Notes under the pieces: model-generated
Databases searched by the model: none
Told to the model about the DNA's origin: nothing
What the model saw: the letters and a program-made list of their open reading frames with translations, nothing else
Assembly (NCBI RefSeq): GCF_902652985.1
Contig: NC_047017.1
Location: 1,116,001-1,180,000, forward strand
Length of the DNA: 64,000 nucleotides
Source of the DNA: Pecten maximus
Lineage: Eukaryota
Direction of reading: 5' to 3'
Part shown: positions 1 to 13,522 of the stretch, one piece after another
Layout of the letters: every line of letters begins with the position of its first letter
Numbering within the stretch: position 1 is the first letter of the stretch
Made by a program: the position numbers and the translations under genes

Positions 1-2748
1 CGTATTTTGTGTTTGTGTACCGTATATTGTGTGTGTACCGTGTATTGTGTTTGTGTACCGTATATTGTGTTGTGTATCGTGTATTGTGTTGTGTACCGTT
101 TATTGTGTTGTGTACCGTATATTGTGTTTGTGTACCGTATATTGTGTTGTGTACCGTGTATTGTGTTGTGTATCGTGTATTGTGTTTGTGTACCGTGTAT
201 TGTGTTGTGTACCGTATATTGTGTTGTGTGTCGTATATTGTGTTGTGTACCGTGTACTGTGTTGTGTACCGTATATTGTGTTGTGTACCGTGTATTGTGT
301 TGTGTGTCGTGTATTGTGTTGTGTACCGTGTATTGTGTTGTGTACCGTATATTGTGTTGTGTATCGTATATTGTGTTGTGTACCGTGTATTGTGTTGTGG
401 ATCGTGTATTGTGTTGTGTACCGTATATTGTGTTGTGTATCGTGTATTGTGTTGTGTACCGTTTATTGTGTTGTGTACCGTGTATTGTGTTTGTGTAACG
501 TATATTGTGTTGTGTATCGTATATTGTGTTGTGTACCGTATATTGTGTTGTGTACGTGTATGTGGTGTACGTTATGTGTTGTGTCTGTATTGGTTGTTAC
601 CGTGTATTTGTGTTGTGTATCGTTTGTGTGTGTGTTTGTGTGTGTACCGTGTATTGTGTGTGTACCGTATATTGTGTTGTGTACCGTGTTTTGTGTTGTG
701 TACCGTATATTGTGTTGTGTACCGTGTATTGTGTTGTGTACCGTATATTGTGTTGTGTACCGTGTACTGTGTTGTGTACCGTATATTGTGTTGTGTACCG
801 TGTATTGTGTTGTGTACCGTATATTGTGTTGTGTGTCGTGTATTGTGTTGTGTTGTGTACCGTGTATTGTGTACCGTGTATTGTGTTGTGTGTCGTGTAT
901 TGTGTTGTGTATGTTGTGTACCGTGTATTGTGTTGTGTGTCGTCTATTGTGTTGTGTACCGTGTATTGTGTTGTGTGTCGTGTATTGTGTTGTGTGTCGT
1001 GTGTTGGGTTGTGTGTCGTGTATTGTGTTGTGTACCGTGTATTGTGTTGTGTGTCGTATATTGTGTTGTGTGTCGTATATTGTGTTGTGTGTCGTATATT
1101 GTGTTGTGTACCGTGTATTGTGTTGTGTACCGTGTATTGTGTTGTGTACCGTGTATTGTGTTGTGTACCGTGTATTGTGTTGTGTACCGTATATTGTGTT
1201 GTGTACCGTATATTGTGTTGTGTACCGTGTATTGTGTTGTGGATCGTGTATTGTGTTGTGTACCGTATATTGTGTTGTGTATCGTGTATTGTGTTGTGTA
1301 TCGTATATTGTGTTGTGTATCGTGTACTGTGTGTGTAGTTATTGTGTTGTACCGTTATTGTGTTGTGTACCGGTATTGTGTTGTGTGTATTGTGTTGTGT
1401 GTGTGTATCGTGTATTGTGTTGTGTATCGTATATTGTGTTGTGTACCGTGTATTGTGTTGTGTACCGTGTATTGTGTTGTGTACCGTGTATTGTGTTGTG
1501 TGTCGTGTATTGTGTTGTGTGTCGTGTATTGTGTTGTGTGTCGTGTATTGTGTTGTGTGTGTACGTGTATTGTGTTCGTTTGTGTGTGTACGTATATTGT
1601 GTTGTGTACCGTGTATTGTGTTGTGTATTGTGTTGTGTACCGTATATTGTGTTGTGTACCGTGTATTGTGTTGTGTACCGTGTATTGTGTTGTGTACCGT
1701 GTATTGTGTTTGTGTATTGTGTTGTGTGTCGTGTATTGTGTTGTGTGTACGTAATGTGTGTGTATCGTGTATTGTGTTGTGTACCGTATATTGTGTTGTG
1801 TACCGTATATTGTGTTGTGTACCGTATATTGTGTTGTGTGTCGTGTATTGTGTTGTGTACCGTGTATTGTGTACCGTGTATTGTGTTGTGTGTCGTGTAT
1901 TGTGTTGTGTATCGAATATTGTGTTGTGTACCGTGTATTGTGTTGTGTGTCGTCTATTGTGTTGTGTACCGTGTATTGTGTTGTGTGTCGTGTATTGTGT
2001 TGTGTGTCGTGTGTTGGGTTGTGTGTCGTGTATTGTGTTGTGTACCGTGTATTGTGTTGTGTGTCGTATATTGTGTTGTGTGTCGTATATTGTGTTGTGT
2101 ACCGTGTATTGTGTTGTGTACCGTGTATTGTGTTGTGTACGTGTATTGTGTGTGTACCGTATATTGTGTTGTGTACCGTATATTGTGTTGTGTACCGTGT
2201 ATTGTGTTGTGGATCGTGTATTGTGTTGTGTACCGTATATTGTGTTGTGTATCGTGTATTGTGTTGTGTATCGTATATTGTGTTGTGTACCGTGTATTGT
2301 GTTTGTGTAATGTGTTGTGTATCGTGTATTGTGTTGTGTACCGTATATTGTGTTGTGTACCGTATATTGTGTTGTGTACCGTATATTGTGTTGTGTACCG
2401 TGTATTGTGTTGTGCACCGTGTATTGTGTTGTGTATCGTGTATTGTGTTGTGTACCGTGTATTGTGTTGTGTATCGTGTATTGTGTTGTGTACCGTATAT
2501 TGTGTTGTGTATCGTATATTGTGTTGTGTACCGTGTATTGTGCTGTGTATCGTGTATTGTGTTGTGTACCGTGTATTGTGTTGTGTACCGTATATTGTGT
2601 TGGGTATCGTATATTGTGTTGTGTATCGTGTATTGTGTTGTGTATCGTATATTGTGTTGTGTACCGTGTATTGTGTTGTGTATCGTGTATTGTGTTGTGT
2701 ACCGTGTATTGTGTTTGTTTGTCGTGCATTGTATTTTGGGTCGTGTAA
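1..2748. repeat. 20-bp TG-rich minisatellite (unit ~tattgtgttgtgtaccgtg/ta), running off the window start
   Basis: Unit visibly repeated >100 times with variants; generates spurious Cys/Val/Tyr ORFs in several frames. Confidence 0.98.
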
Positions 2749-2749
2749 T

Positions 2750-3098
2750 ACGTTAGATTATCTCAAAACATGTTTATTCTCATCGGAGTCACATCGAGAA
2801 AATCATGTACCGCCAAAATATTAGAAGTCATGGAAAATTGGACCAAATCCTTAGACGAAGCGTATAACATTGATTTTATATATTAGGATTTTAGTAAGGA
2901 GTTTGGTAAGGTGTCACATAGGCTACTACTTCACAAGTTGAAATTGTGTGGCATAAAAGGAAACTACTAGGATGGAACCGGGAATTCCTGGTAAGTCAAA
3001 AACAAAACTGGTCAGAGACAGATCTTGTTCAACAACACAACAAGTAACCAGCGGTGTCTCACAAGGTAGCGTCCTTGGACCCATCCTTTTCTTAATAC
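2750..3098 (+). pseudogene. Degraded CR1/Jockey-group LINE reverse-transcriptase fragment
   Basis: Manual translation gives LEVMENWTKSLDEAYNIDFIY*DFSKEFGKVSHRLLLHKLKLCGIKG and VTSGVSQGSVLGPILFLI, matching the DFxKAFDxV and GVPQGSVLGP RT motifs; contains a stop and frameshifts. Confidence 0.85.
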
Positions 3099-5721
3099 AA
3101 ATTTCTAACGGTTAAATTGTAAATATTGTTTATACATCTAAATAAGCCAAAAGGCTTTCTATTGATGGTGGACTGATGAGAGATACTTGATTTCTTAGCA
3201 GAATACCTACAAACTATTTATGGACGACATTAAACTGTGTCAAACTTCATTCAAATGAAGTAATGCTCTCATGAGCAGGAACAGAACGCCGTGCCATTTG
3301 AAGCTTCTATGCATTCATATATTTCTGAAATTTTGAGATGGAATGTACCATGTTCCGGTAACAATGTCAGTCACAGAGCTTGTCACTGCTTACGGAATTA
3401 CACTATATAAACGTGAACACCAGATGACGGAAGTGAAATACTGTAGACAATACTCAATTGTGTCTGCCAAAATTCGAAATAAACAACTAAATGTTACCAA
3501 AATGTTTAATTTTGATAGAACAGAACCTCGTCATTTCAATACAGAACCTTTGATAAGATGATATGAACACTAGCCTAACCGAAAATTAGAAACCTCAGCA
3601 AAGTGGGATAAATATCGAAAAAACGACGGATCATGTTAAAGTCGTATAAATCACGTGACTTGATGTCATCTATCGCCAAAAGTGCAGGTAAGCCTGTAGT
3701 ACACACGGCATTTAGATTGACAAACCCATTCCATGTATACTTCGACTATCCCAGTCAAACGCAGATCTGATAATGATGTCTATCTAGGCCTCATTGATCA
3801 GACGACGAGGCTTAGAGGTCGGGTTTTTTTAATCGTGTTCATGTACGCGCTTGTAAATGCCTTTAAGGGTAGATACCTCTTGATGTATAATGCATACGTT
3901 AGTGAGATAAAGGGAAACACGACATCTAGGCCTCTTTTTGAGTGAGAAATACTTGTATTTATGACAATTCTTTAATTCTGACGAAGAAGTGTAGATTTAC
4001 ATAACGGATGTTGTAGCGTGCGTGTTTGAAGACACTGCAAACAATCACGAATTGTCGCCCTCGCATATACATCGCATGTGACTTCTAAGACAGTATTTAC
4101 GACGCTCTCCGAGCGTTTGTTGAAGTTAAAAGAGCGCCACCTACAGACGGGAATTGTACGAGAACCTGACACACACGGAGCTGTATTCGTGGTGTTTTGT
4201 AGGTTTTGTTAGTGACATTTCGATTTTCAATTCTGCTGTCGTTGGTGTAGAATTGTTGACAGAGGTCACCGGAAGATAATGCTGAATCGAATGTCCTTTA
4301 ATGGATCCGGAACAAACGTAATAATGAACAGCTATGAATTGCCATAGGAAAGCAATGACGGTCCAGTAATACAAAGTTGTCAATCCAATATAACCTTAAC
4401 AGATGGAACATTGGATTTGGTGATTTACATTTTAATTGAAATCAAAGCGGAATCAGAATAAAGAAAAATGTCCAACTCAACATGTCAAAGATACCAAAAT
4501 TGCATACAAACGTTTTAGTGTGGCTTTCTGGTCATCTATACATTGTAACTCGGACTGGGGAAGTTGTTCAAAATATATTTGGAACTTCTACTGGAATTAT
4601 CTAATCTATCAAAAAGTTGAGACTATTGTTTCGGATTTCAATGTGATAGCAGGCGTGGTCTGTGGATTACTCTACCACATAACGACATCATGATGACGGA
4701 GGAAGGTGACATTCGGATCATCCTCGGGTTGGTTCTACCCGAGGTGTTTTTTTGGGGAAAAAACCCGAGGAGTTCCGGATGAGGGGGTGATTATGTACTG
4801 TTAGATACAGCCCCGTGTCTGTTTATCCAACACTAGTAAAAACAAGCGCTGTATTTTCTTTCTGATGTAAGCGGCTCAACTCTCTTTTTACGTTTGTTTT
4901 TATCATTCCCTACACCTTGGTACATTCTCATTCAGTACTCCCGTCAGATGTTGTTTGTTACATAGGTTTTATTTATCCATTGATATTTTTGCGCGTGCAC
5001 TTTTCTAATTACAAAATGATACCGACGACCTACCGCATTTGGTGTTCTTAACGGCTTGTATACAAACGCGTGCACGTGCGTTGCATTTCGAGGGCTGGTA
5101 AACTAATAATTAGAATGAACTTTATAACCAATTTTCGTGTGATCTGGGTTTTTTCCTTCTCTCTCTCTCGTCATTTCTTCTTCTAAATGTATTTTACTCG
5201 TCATTAACACGGGACCTCGGTGAAAAGGGTAAATATCGTGACCGTTTGAGCGACATGTATTTATGTAAAGTTTATTTTTTGTATATAGCAGTGTTATTTT
5301 TTATCTACGATAAGTAGAGAAACATTCACGAATTATTATTTCTTCGATGAAAAATAAGTTCTGAAAAATAAGCTGATCTTGCACTTTTCAATATGGGACG
5401 GTTGTTTACGATAAGCGGTCAGAGTTGGCGATGTGAGCACTGTTTGATTATATTGGGTAACTCTGGATCAACTCTTTGATAGTAACGGGTTATCAGCGTT
5501 CTACCCATTTCCACTGGTTCTGGGTTGTTTTTGTTTGTCAGAAAATAATAAACAATATTCGCAGACATCTTATCACCGCTAGTGTCACTTGCCTCATGTT
5601 GTATTTACCATTGACGGCCAGATATCGGAAATCTCGTCGGAGTACGGGAAGTTCCGTTTCGATGAACATAAGGACGGTGATGTCCTACAAATGGTTTGAG
5701 GTTTGCGATATGATTTATATG

Positions 5722-6009
5722 NNNNNNNNNNNNNNNNNNNNNNNNNNNNNNNNNNNNNNNNNNNNNNNNNNNNNNNNNNNNNNNNNNNNNNNNNNNNNNN
5801 NNNNNNNNNNNNNNNNNNNNNNNNNNNNNNNNNNNNNNNNNNNNNNNNNNNNNNNNNNNNNNNNNNNNNNNNNNNNNNNNNNNNNNNNNNNNNNNNNNNN
5901 NNNNNNNNNNNNNNNNNNNNNNNNNNNNNNNNNNNNNNNNNNNNNNNNNNNNNNNNNNNNNNNNNNNNNNNNNNNNNNNNNNNNNNNNNNNNNNNNNNNN
6001 NNNNNNNNN
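5722..6009. other. Assembly gap (288 N)
   Basis: Run of N. Confidence 1.
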
Positions 6010-7254
6010 ATTATCATTAGAGATCATAAAAATTCTGGTGTGACACATCTTATAGTTCGCGATATACCCCTATAACAGTAGATGACGTCAGCTTGCTATT
6101 ACCAGTGGAATGGGAGGGCGATCTGGTATAAATGGGACGAAGATAGGAAGGAGTGAGAGTAGGATAGGAAATTACTGTTTTATAATTTATAACTTTGTGA
6201 AGAACGAAATTAACAACTTAACAGAAATATTAAGTATTTCAGCTTTCAGCATGTGCATGAAAATATTGTTTTTGATATTTTTGTATTGATTGTCACGTCA
6301 GCAATAATCATGTATTTCAAGTTTGAAAGGTAAATACTTGTTACTTTCCTATTATTATATATACGGTATGTTTGATACAAGTCGGCGGCTTTCAGAGAGA
6401 ATCGCCAAAAACTACTACACATTCCTGGAAAATGAACCATTAAGTTAACCATTTCCGTTAATGACCTTCGCCTTTACCGTTACTTCCTGTTCTACCGGAA
6501 GTCAATTTCAGGTATGGAACAATCTTATTAAGATACAATTAATGGGCTTTCGGGATATTCGAAATTCATGTCAAGTAAATGGACTTTGAAGCGTGTTCAC
6601 AGCAAATTTATCTGCGTGAAAGATTTAAAAAAACATTCCGAATAGCTTTAGGGAATTTCCGAAAGATTTAGCCGAGACCTAATTGATAATGTTTTATAAT
6701 TGATTATAATGCCGTTACAATAATTTCTGAGTCGTTGTTTGAAAAAAGGTTGAAGAAGTCATCAAAGAAGCGAAGAAGTTAAGTGTTCTACGATACAAGT
6801 CACCCCGGGATAGGAGATTGTTGTGCGTTTTTAACACAACTCATTAAGTTGAATCTCGATAACGCGCTGGATTCCATTGATGCTGTATAAAATGTTTAGT
6901 GCAAAATGAAAAGTAAGATAATCCGTGCTTTTAAATTCTTTCTCTTGGTAACATCGCTGCGTTGGATAGAGAGCATGGCGATGATGACGTGATTTCATCA
7001 CACGCGTTTTTCCTTCATACAGTGTAATGTGTGTGTTGGTAATCCTATGGCTGCCAAGAGCTGATTTCTGCAAACAGTGTATTTTACTTCTTCCATCATT
7101 GAAAGTGTTTCAGGACTTGATTTGTCCCCCCATTTCCAATTCCTTATTGATCTACTGGGTCACTTTAAAGCCATATCAACAAATGTCAAATTGTATGCTT
7201 ACATTTGATTTGCAAGAACAAGTTGTCAGACGTGAGACCTATGTTAAGAATGTG

Positions 7255-8951
7255 TGACGTGTACGTCTGATTACCCCCAGTATCTGTGACGTGTACGTCT
7301 GTATACCCCCAGTATCTATGACGTGTACGTCTGTATACCCCCAGTATCTGTGACGTGTACGTCTGTATACCCCCAGTATCTATGACGTGTACGTCTGTAT
7401 ACCCCCAGTATCTGTGACGTGTACGTCTGTATACCCCCAGTATCTGTGACGTGTACGTCTGTATACCCCCAGTATCTGTGACGTGTACGTCTGTATACCC
7501 CCAGTATCTGTGACGTGTGCGTCTGTATACCCCCAGTATCTATGACGTGTACGTCTGTATACCCCCAGTATCTATGACGTGTCAGTCTGTATACCCCCAG
7601 TATCTATGACGTGTACGTCTGTATACCCCCAGTATCTATGACGTGTACGTCAGTATACCCCCAGTATCTATGACGTGTCAGTCTGTATACCCCCAGTATC
7701 TATGACGTGTACGTCTGTATACCCCCAGTATCTATGACGTGTACGTCTGTATACCCCCAGTATCTATGACGTGTACGTCTGTATACCCCCAGTATCTGTG
7801 ACGTGTACGTCTGTATACTCCCAGTATCTGTGACGTGTAAGTCTGTATACCCCCAGTATCTGTGACGTGTACGTCTGTATACCCCCAGTATCTATGACGT
7901 GTACGTCTGTATACCCCCAGTATCTATGACGTGTACGTCTGTATACCCCCAGTATCTATGACGTGTACGTCGGTATACCCCCAGTATCTGTGACGTGTAC
8001 GTCGGTATACCCCCAGTATCTGTGACGTGTACGTCTGTATACCCCCAGTATCTGTGACGTGTACGTCTGTATACCCCCAGTATATATGACGTGTACGTCT
8101 GTATACCCCCAGTATCTATGACGTGTACGTCTGTATATCCCCAGTATCTGTGACGTGTACGTCTGTATACCCCCAGTATCTGTGACGTGTACGTCTGTAT
8201 ACCCCAAGTATCTATGACGTGTAAGTCTGTATACCCCCAGTATCTATGACGTGTACGTCTGTATACCCCCAGTATCTATGACGTGTACGTCTGTATACCC
8301 CCAGTATCTATGACGTGTAAGTTTGTATACCCCCAGTATCTGTGACGTGTAAGTCTATATATCCCCAGTATCTGTGACGTGTACGTCTGTATACCCCCAG
8401 TATCTATGACGTGTACGTCTGTATACCCCCAGTATCTATGACGTGTACGTCTGTATACCCCCAGTATCTGTGACGTGTACGTCTGTATACCCCCAGTATC
8501 TGTGACGTGTAAGTCTGTATACCCCCAGTATCTGTGACGTGTACGTCTGTATACCCCCAGTATCTATGACGTGTACGTCTGTATACCCCCAGTATCTGTG
8601 ACGTGTACGTCTGTATACCCCCAGTATCTATGACGTGTACGTCTGTATACCCCCAGTATCTGTGACGTGTACGTCTGTATACACCCAGTATCTGTGACGT
8701 GTACGTCTGTATACCCCGAGTATCTGTGACTTGTAAGTCTGTATACCCCCAGTATCTGTGACGTGTACGTCTGTATACCCCCAGTATCTATGACGTGTAC
8801 GTCTGTATACCCCCAGTATCTGTGACGTGTACGTCTGTATACCCCCAGTATCTGTGACGTGTACGTCTGTATACCCCCAGTATCTATGACGTGTACGTCT
8901 GTATACCCCCAGTATCTATGACGTGTAAGTTTGTATACCCCCAGTATCTGT
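7255..8951. repeat. 32-bp minisatellite (gacgtgtacgtctgtatacccccagtatct(g/a)t), ~53 copies
   Basis: 32-bp periodicity, highly homogeneous. Confidence 0.98.
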
Positions 8952-9759
8952 AGTATATTAGTCTGTGTACCACATGTCTCTTTGTCATGCCTAACAGAGT
9001 ACAATAACACATTATATGACACAAATCACCAAGCATGGGGCTGTTACGAGCTGGTATATTCGATCAGATAAGTTTCCATTGTGGACAATAACGGTTGGAA
9101 AAGTCAATAACAAAACCATACGTGGAAATGGTTAAATTTCAGGATCTCCTTAAAAATATACGGACGTGGACGTTGTTTTGAAGTACACAAAACAGGCTTT
9201 GCAAATTGCAGATATTTAAGCTGTCAAGGGAGTGGAGGGCGACAGGGCATGTTGAGGTAATTATCTTTGTGTTGACAGCTAAAAAAAACACCAACAGTAA
9301 CAAATTATCAATACACACACCTTAACGACAGCATCGCGTGTGAGGATAATACATACAAATTATCTTACCCATGTATTGAACAGTATTTAGTATTTTTATC
9401 CTGAATCGTCACATCGCGCGATAGTGAGCGGTGTGTATGGTGGATTAGTGGAGCGACACCTTATTAACGAGTCTTGTGATCGCGAGGGTGTTATACAACT
9501 CACTTCAACCCTTACATTAGCATGAATGATAGGACACGAGCGACGAAGAGAATATACATCATTACCTATCTTCATCTCAAATTGTGTTGAGATTCGAGTC
9601 ATACATTATCAGTTTAACGCGAGACTCTAAAACCCGAGTTGCAATATTCCCGCATTACCGGAGTCGGACATTTTAAAATTTCGTTCAAACAATATAGATC
9701 TATTATGATGACGATAGGGCGGTGCTATATCGTCACGTGATTTATTATTCCTGTATTCT

Positions 9760-10840
9760 GAGAAAATATTCCGAAGATGAAATCGTTAGAATGATTGAAT
9801 CAATTTCTGATCGACAGCATCTTTGTTGAGTTTGATTACCATGGAGGGACAGTGTTCCAAATCGTACTCACGCACAAATACACATTTTGTGCTCAGACTA
9901 AAATACTTTTGGTGGTAGATGTAATTTACATGATTTGAAAGTATTTCAGCAAGACTTAAAGAGAGATATTATTTTCTATTTCAACCTGCTATATCATGAT
10001 TAAAACGAGTTTAAAGGAAGAGGGTTGAGCATATATCTCTTACTTGAGTAGGTAAATTGCTTAATGAATCCGGGTCCTGATCTTCAACAGAGCTTATGAC
10101 ATACCCATGAGAAAAATATCTGTTCCTCTGTTTGCCGACTGGTCGTGGTTTATATACGAAGCTGATTATATTTAAGAACTAATCATACATATGTTACGGG
10201 TAGCAGACCTTGCAAAGACCTTCAATTTCACCTATAAGTATATGGACGATACGTTGTCTTTAAATAACATAAACTTGATTTACCATGTCGATCAGATATG
10301 CCATGTAAAAGCTGAAATCAGGGACATTGCAGACTCTTCAACATTGGTCGCTCTCCTCGACCTTTACGTAACCAACAGGGACAGTATGCAACTAAGTTGT
10401 AAGATAAGAGTAATGATTTCTTTTTCCAAAGTGTTAATTTTCCATTTCTAGATAGCAACATCCCTACATCCCGACCCGCGATGTTTAAATGTCTGAGTTG
10501 ACTCGATAATAAAAGGTTTGCTCCCATTATGACGACATACGTGACAGTTGTCGATTACGGACGGAGAAACTAACAACATAATGTTTCGACGGATGCAGGT
10601 TGATGAAGACGAGGGGATAGTTTTATGAGCGATATCACGATCTCATTGGGATATATTGTATTATCGTATACGACATGAAGTCAGACTTGTTTGATGCTTG
10701 ATGATGTGCCTAGTGGTTCCGTCGTCACCACCCTAACTCTCATTTGAGATGGTGACTTAACCCGAATTTGACTTAAATTTGTAAGAGGAGTGTCGTCGAA
10801 GAACACAAAACGCGTTCTCTTTCGGACCACCTGGTCCTAT
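9760..10840 (+). mobile_element. Degraded Penelope-like (PLE) retroelement: RT C-terminal half plus 3' tail, interrupted at ~9840-10075
   Basis: Peptides KYSEDEIVRMIE/FLIDSIFVEF, FQQ..IPM, YEADYI, LAKTFNFTYKYMDDTLSLNN (YxDD), EIRDIADSSTLVALLDL and FPFLDSNIPTS resemble the abundant mollusc PLE RT; tail gagtgtcg...tctttcggaccacctggtcc. Confidence 0.8.
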
Positions 10841-11959
10841 TATTATTATACCTTTTCAGGAGTTTCCACGAAAAAAGTTTTTTTTTGTTTTTGTTTATTT
10901 TTTTATTTTTACCACGTTTAATCTATTTGGGTTTGAATTTGTGTTGCTTTTTTGTAACACGTGTGTGCTAAAGGGTTAAATACGTCACCGGAAGTGAACA
11001 AGGAAAAACATTCGTTTAGAGGAAAATATCTGCTTAAAGCTTATGATTTAGACATCTAATCTATTGTGTTGTCGGAGACTTAATAATGCTTTTATGTATT
11101 TTCAACTTTTGTTTGAATAAACAAATCGTTGCAATGTTTCGAGGATATGGGTTATGGTCAGAAATAAACTAAAACTGAATCCAGTGTTCTTTTACTTTAA
11201 AGCTATTATAGGTACCATTCATACTTCTATACAATGTCTTATTGTGAACATTAGTGAAATTATCCATATAGTTCTGAAAGTAATATTGGTAACACGTTTT
11301 ATAAACAACTCAAAAATAATTTTGTTTGCTTCCAGATGATTTACATACAGTTATACATGTCTCTAAATAAACATAAATGGCGGCATACAATGTAGCTTTG
11401 TTTGTTTCTCTAAAAACTATTTTGATAGACAATGTTAAAAACGCAAGAATGGAAGAAATTTTGTTCGCACGAAGTGCAATGCGAAACTCGAAATTGAGAA
11501 AAACAGACATCGGTATCAGAGGCGAGAGGCAAGGAATTGTAAATACTCTTGTGGAGATTGTTCAGCGAGTTCTTTTAATTTATGTCCCAACTACAAGATC
11601 ACAACCGTACATGTTCCCATAGCGGGGAAGTGACACAGCCATGGTAAGAATGCGGGATATGTGTGCGATTTCGTTCAAACCTAGTATTTGTAGCACACGT
11701 GGAAAGTCTGACCACCAAACAATCATTGAGCAGGCGCATCACCCCAAACAGATTATCATATTATTGAGCCAGGATGTACATTTTGTTGACAAGCATGATT
11801 ATTGTTAAATCCAGCTTCAACGTCGATTAACTGAATACTTTTTAATGCATTTCATATGCTGGTGTAACATTTCCACGGCAACGTTTGGGAAATTGATGAT
11901 GAATGTTGATCCTTTATAACCATAGATCACCGCAAAAAGCTACAAATACACAAAAATGG

Positions 11960-12083
11960 CAATCAGCATACTGACACTAGTAAAACATGGGACGAATTGA
12001 CAGACAGACATCGTCATCAAACAATCAGCATACTGTCACTAGTAAAACATGGGACGAATCGACAGACAGACATCGTCTTCAAC
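11960..12083. repeat. Two-copy ~62-bp tandem duplication
   Basis: caatcagcatactg(a/t)cactagtaaaacatgggacgaat..acagacagacatcgtc occurs twice. Confidence 0.9.
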
Positions 12084-12379
12084 AAAAACATTGGTCGATA
12101 TCAAATTGATGCTTCAGCCTGACTCCATATATCCCATCTACATACTCCGTAGTGATTTCATTAATACCTAAGGAAAGTTATGAAATAATATCAAATGTTT
12201 ACCAAATAACTGTGTGTACCGAATTCTTTTGTATACATTCTATTCCCTGTAAATTTTTCTTTCCCATCTAGTTGGAATAAACCTTTTCTATTTCCCCTGG
12301 TTTGGATTTTGGAAAAACCATAAAACGTCCACCAGTCTAACTATTGTGTAATCCCTGATCACCATCACCATATATAAAG

Positions 12380-12745
12380 AGAATACATGGTCAGTGTCTT
12401 AAAATATAAGCTGTATTTTGGCGAGGGTAAAGAAAGACAAAAGTGGCGATCCTAGGCGAGCCAAAAATGTACAGCTTATATTTTAAGACACTGACCATGT
12501 ATTCTATATATCCTGCAACAGTCATAAGAAATCATCAAAATAATCATTTTGAAGTGACACGGTGTCAAAAATGACAGAAATATGTTCGCCTTTTACACGT
12601 TGCTTCATTTTGAAGTAGGTCAATCGAATTGACGCACGTGCTAAGTTTCCAAAATACAGCTGTTCTCCGGTCCTTCACTGCCGTATATAGCAAAAATATA
12701 TATGGTGGGTGTATTCCGACAATGTGGTGGCAGTTGCAGGATAAA
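12380..12745. mobile_element. Non-autonomous hairpin/foldback element (perfect 36-bp inverted repeat plus a second offset IR)
   Basis: 12380-12415 is the exact reverse complement of 12470-12505; tatcctgcaac (12509-12519) pairs with gttgcaggata (12733-12743). Confidence 0.7.
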
Positions 12746-12774
12746 TATGTATATATGTGTGTGTGTGTGTGTGG

Positions 12775-13520
12775 TAAAAAGGGTAAAGTAGTTGCTTGCT
12801 TTGTTGATTTAAATAAAGCATTTTATTCTTTAAGGAGGAAAGGTCTGTTTAAAAAGATGTATATAAGCTTGCCAGGTATGGATGACGGGAAAGTTATTTA
12901 ATGTCCTTAAGACATGCACAAGAAAATCAAACGTTCTCCTCTCTAAAATTCTCTCCCTTTACGTCTGGCTACTTTGTTTTATTGAGAGGGGTTAAGCAGG
13001 GAGATAGTTTAAGTCCACCGCTCTTTAATTTATACATCAATAACTTCTCTGGCTAGATTAAGAACGATCATTTAGTGGTATTAGACACATAGGCCGGCTG
13101 TACGATGTTTGTCGATGACTTGTTGATATTGTCAAAAACTGTAGAGGGCTCCAGTCCTCATCAAACAAACATTCATACTGCATAGAATTGAACTTATCAG
13201 TTAACCCTGATAAACTTGATCTTCAAACCCTCTTATTCAATAAATAATATTTATGATATCGGCAATAGCGACATAAGTTGCACTAGTGAATTTAAATATC
13301 TGGACGACATTATCATTGGCTCAGGTGAATTCCTACCATCTGTTAAAGATTTATCAAAATGCCTAATAGCACTTTTCGCAATGAAAAAAATATACTCAAA
13401 ATATAGAGGTATTCCCAGTTGAAGCCCTATCTAAATGATTCAATTCCTTTGATAACCGAATGCTTACTACTCTAAAACTCAGAAATCTGGTACATGGGTT
13501 TAACATCTTATTGGGACCGA
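12775..13520 (+). pseudogene. Degraded non-LTR (RTE-X-like) RT fragment
   Basis: ACFVDLNKAFYSLRRKGLFKK, GVKQGDSLSPPLFNLYINN, MFVDDLLILSK (YADD site), EFKYLD and SEIW motifs across frameshifts. Confidence 0.85.
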
Positions 13521-13522
13521 GG

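Noticed and set aside
7-2824. Long Cys/Val/Tyr-rich ORFs up to 931 aa
   Set aside because: Produced by a stop-poor 20-bp repeat open in several frames and on both strands
5476-6075. ORFs spanning X runs
   Set aside because: Artefacts of the N gap
7255-8951. CRISPR-like ~30-40 bp repeats (here and in other arrays)
   Set aside because: Units are directly adjacent with no unique spacers, there are no cas genes, and the context is eukaryotic
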